From Candidatus Micrarchaeia archaeon (GTDB taxonomy: Archaea > Micrarchaeota > Micrarchaeia > Anstonellales > Bilamarchaeaceae), in assembly GCA_046538155.1 (NCBI GenBank), contig JBKHJL010000012.1, positions 1 to 25,775 of the forward strand: a stretch of DNA of 25,775 nucleotides, read 5' to 3'. The notes beneath the pieces are model-generated. The model saw nothing but the letters and a program-made list of their open reading frames with translations, did no database searches and was not told the origin of the DNA. Positions 24,732 through 25,775 of this stretch are shown in pieces (position 1 is the stretch's first letter; each line of letters begins with the position of its first letter). Position numbers and translations under genes: made by a program.

Positions 24732-25574
24732 GTGAAGATTGGGTATGCATATCCTGAAAAGAAGCTTCTCAGGAAGCAGGGCAGCAGGCTCAGCCTAAAG
24801 AATGTTGTCAGGATGGGCCGTGAAAATATTCTCAGGCTGGGCGATTCCCTTGGATGGAACAGAAAGCACGGGATTTCCGTGTTTCGCATACCCCTGGACA
24901 CAATCCCCTTTACCGGCCCGGCCACTTCCCCTGAAGCATGGAAGCCCGAGCTTGATGTTGAAGGTGATGTGGTTGGAAAAGAGCTGCGCGGAATGCGGAT
25001 GTTCATGCGCACAACCTCCCAGTATTCCATGGGATCTCCAGATAAGGGACTTGCAAGGCGCTCCATGGCGGAAATAGAGCACTGCGCTGCCACCATGGAC
25101 CTCTTGGGCCTTGGGATATCCTCAAAGATCATAACAAAGATAGGAAGGGTTTCCGGGCGCAGGAAGGATACTGCGCGCAGGTTCATCTCCAATTTCCGCA
25201 GGCTTTCCGGGCCTGCAAAGGAGCGCCTGGTTGTTGAAAACGACCGCCAGCACTGGTCGTTTTACGATGCTTTCGGGGTTGCGGGAAAGCTGAAAATTCC
25301 CATAGTGTTCAATTATCCTGCATTTTTGAAAAAACAGTTTACAGAGCTTTCTGCAAGAGACATAATCTCTGTTGCTTCCATAAGCTGGGGAAAGGAAGAC
25401 GGACCCCAAAAGGTACATTATTCGGAGTTTTCCAAAGGAAAGAAGCGAAAGAGCATAACAAAGAAGGAATTCGCCAAATTCTACCAGGAGGTTGAGGGAA
25501 TGAATGTGGATATTGTGCTGGATACGGAGGAGGGGGGGCGCTCGGTCATAAAAGCCCTTGAGCTGGTCAGGTAG
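24732..25574 (+). CDS. UvsE/UVDE UV-damage endonuclease homologue, probably catalytically degenerate
   Basis: GTG start KIGYA; WN.KHGI.VFRI; RLVVEND; KIPIVF; SW....PQKVHYSE; VDIVL. Most metal-binding His/Asp/Glu residues appear substituted. Confidence 0.8.
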   Translation: MKIGYAYPEKKLLRKQGSRLSLKNVVRMGRENILRLGDSLGWNRKHGISVFRIPLDTIPFTGPATSPEAWKPELDVEGDVVGKELRGMRMFMRTTSQYSMGSPDKGLARRSMAEIEHCAATMDLLGLGISSKIITKIGRVSGRRKDTARRFISNFRRLSGPAKERLVVENDRQHWSFYDAFGVAGKLKIPIVFNYPAFLKKQFTELSARDIISVASISWGKEDGPQKVHYSEFSKGKKRKSITKKEFAKFYQEVEGMNVDIVLDTEEGGRSVIKALELVR

Positions 25575-25579
25575 TTTTC

Positions 25580-25775
25580 ATGGATAGAGATAAGGCTTCT
25601 GCATGGAAACTGGTGCTTGGCTTCTGCATCTTTACTCTTGCGGGAATTTTGTATGTCCTGCTTTTTCCCCTCTCCGGGCTAAGGATTCTTGCCCCGCTTC
25701 TGCTCGGCCCCGGCCTCACAATCATGCTTTTGGGGGTTTTCTTTGTAACTTCTGCAGATTCAGCAACATTTGTAC
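25580..25775 (+). CDS. Membrane protein, partial (runs off the right edge)
   Basis: MDRDKASAWKLVLGFCIFTLAGILYVLLFPLSGLRILAPLLLGPGLTIMLLGVFFVTS..., two hydrophobic helices; 5 nt after the uvsE stop. Confidence 0.65.
   Translation, partial: MDRDKASAWKLVLGFCIFTLAGILYVLLFPLSGLRILAPLLLGPGLTIMLLGVFFVTSADSATFV

Overview
Gene-dense archaeal chromosomal window. Archaeal markers include an archaeal-type GluRS, Hjc resolvase, FBP aldolase/phosphatase, a G1-C72 tRNA-Pro and TATA boxes about 25-30 nt before many start codons. A DPANN/Micrarchaeota-like origin is my impression, not established. The housekeeping backbone is tRNA-Pro(CGG), gltX, a DUF1998 (MrfA/Hrq1-type) helicase, hjc, fbp and the lower half of the Aeropyrum-type archaeal mevalonate pathway (AcnX large and small subunits, UbiD, UbiX, isopentenyl phosphate kinase). 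Orphan genes are interleaved through this backbone, mostly on the opposite strand. The most striking are two bacterial-type sigma-70 homologues, although archaeal RNA polymerase uses TBP/TFB rather than sigma factors. One of them is fused to six full and one partial ~56-aa helical repeats. Other oddities: a >800-codon helical reading frame broken by a single in-frame TGA and running off the left edge; a structured repeat element between tRNA-Pro and gltX; an apparently inactive UvsE; a pair of tandem orphan paralogues; and a lipoprotein plus membrane-active-looking gene pair. All calls come from manual motif recognition; no searches were run.
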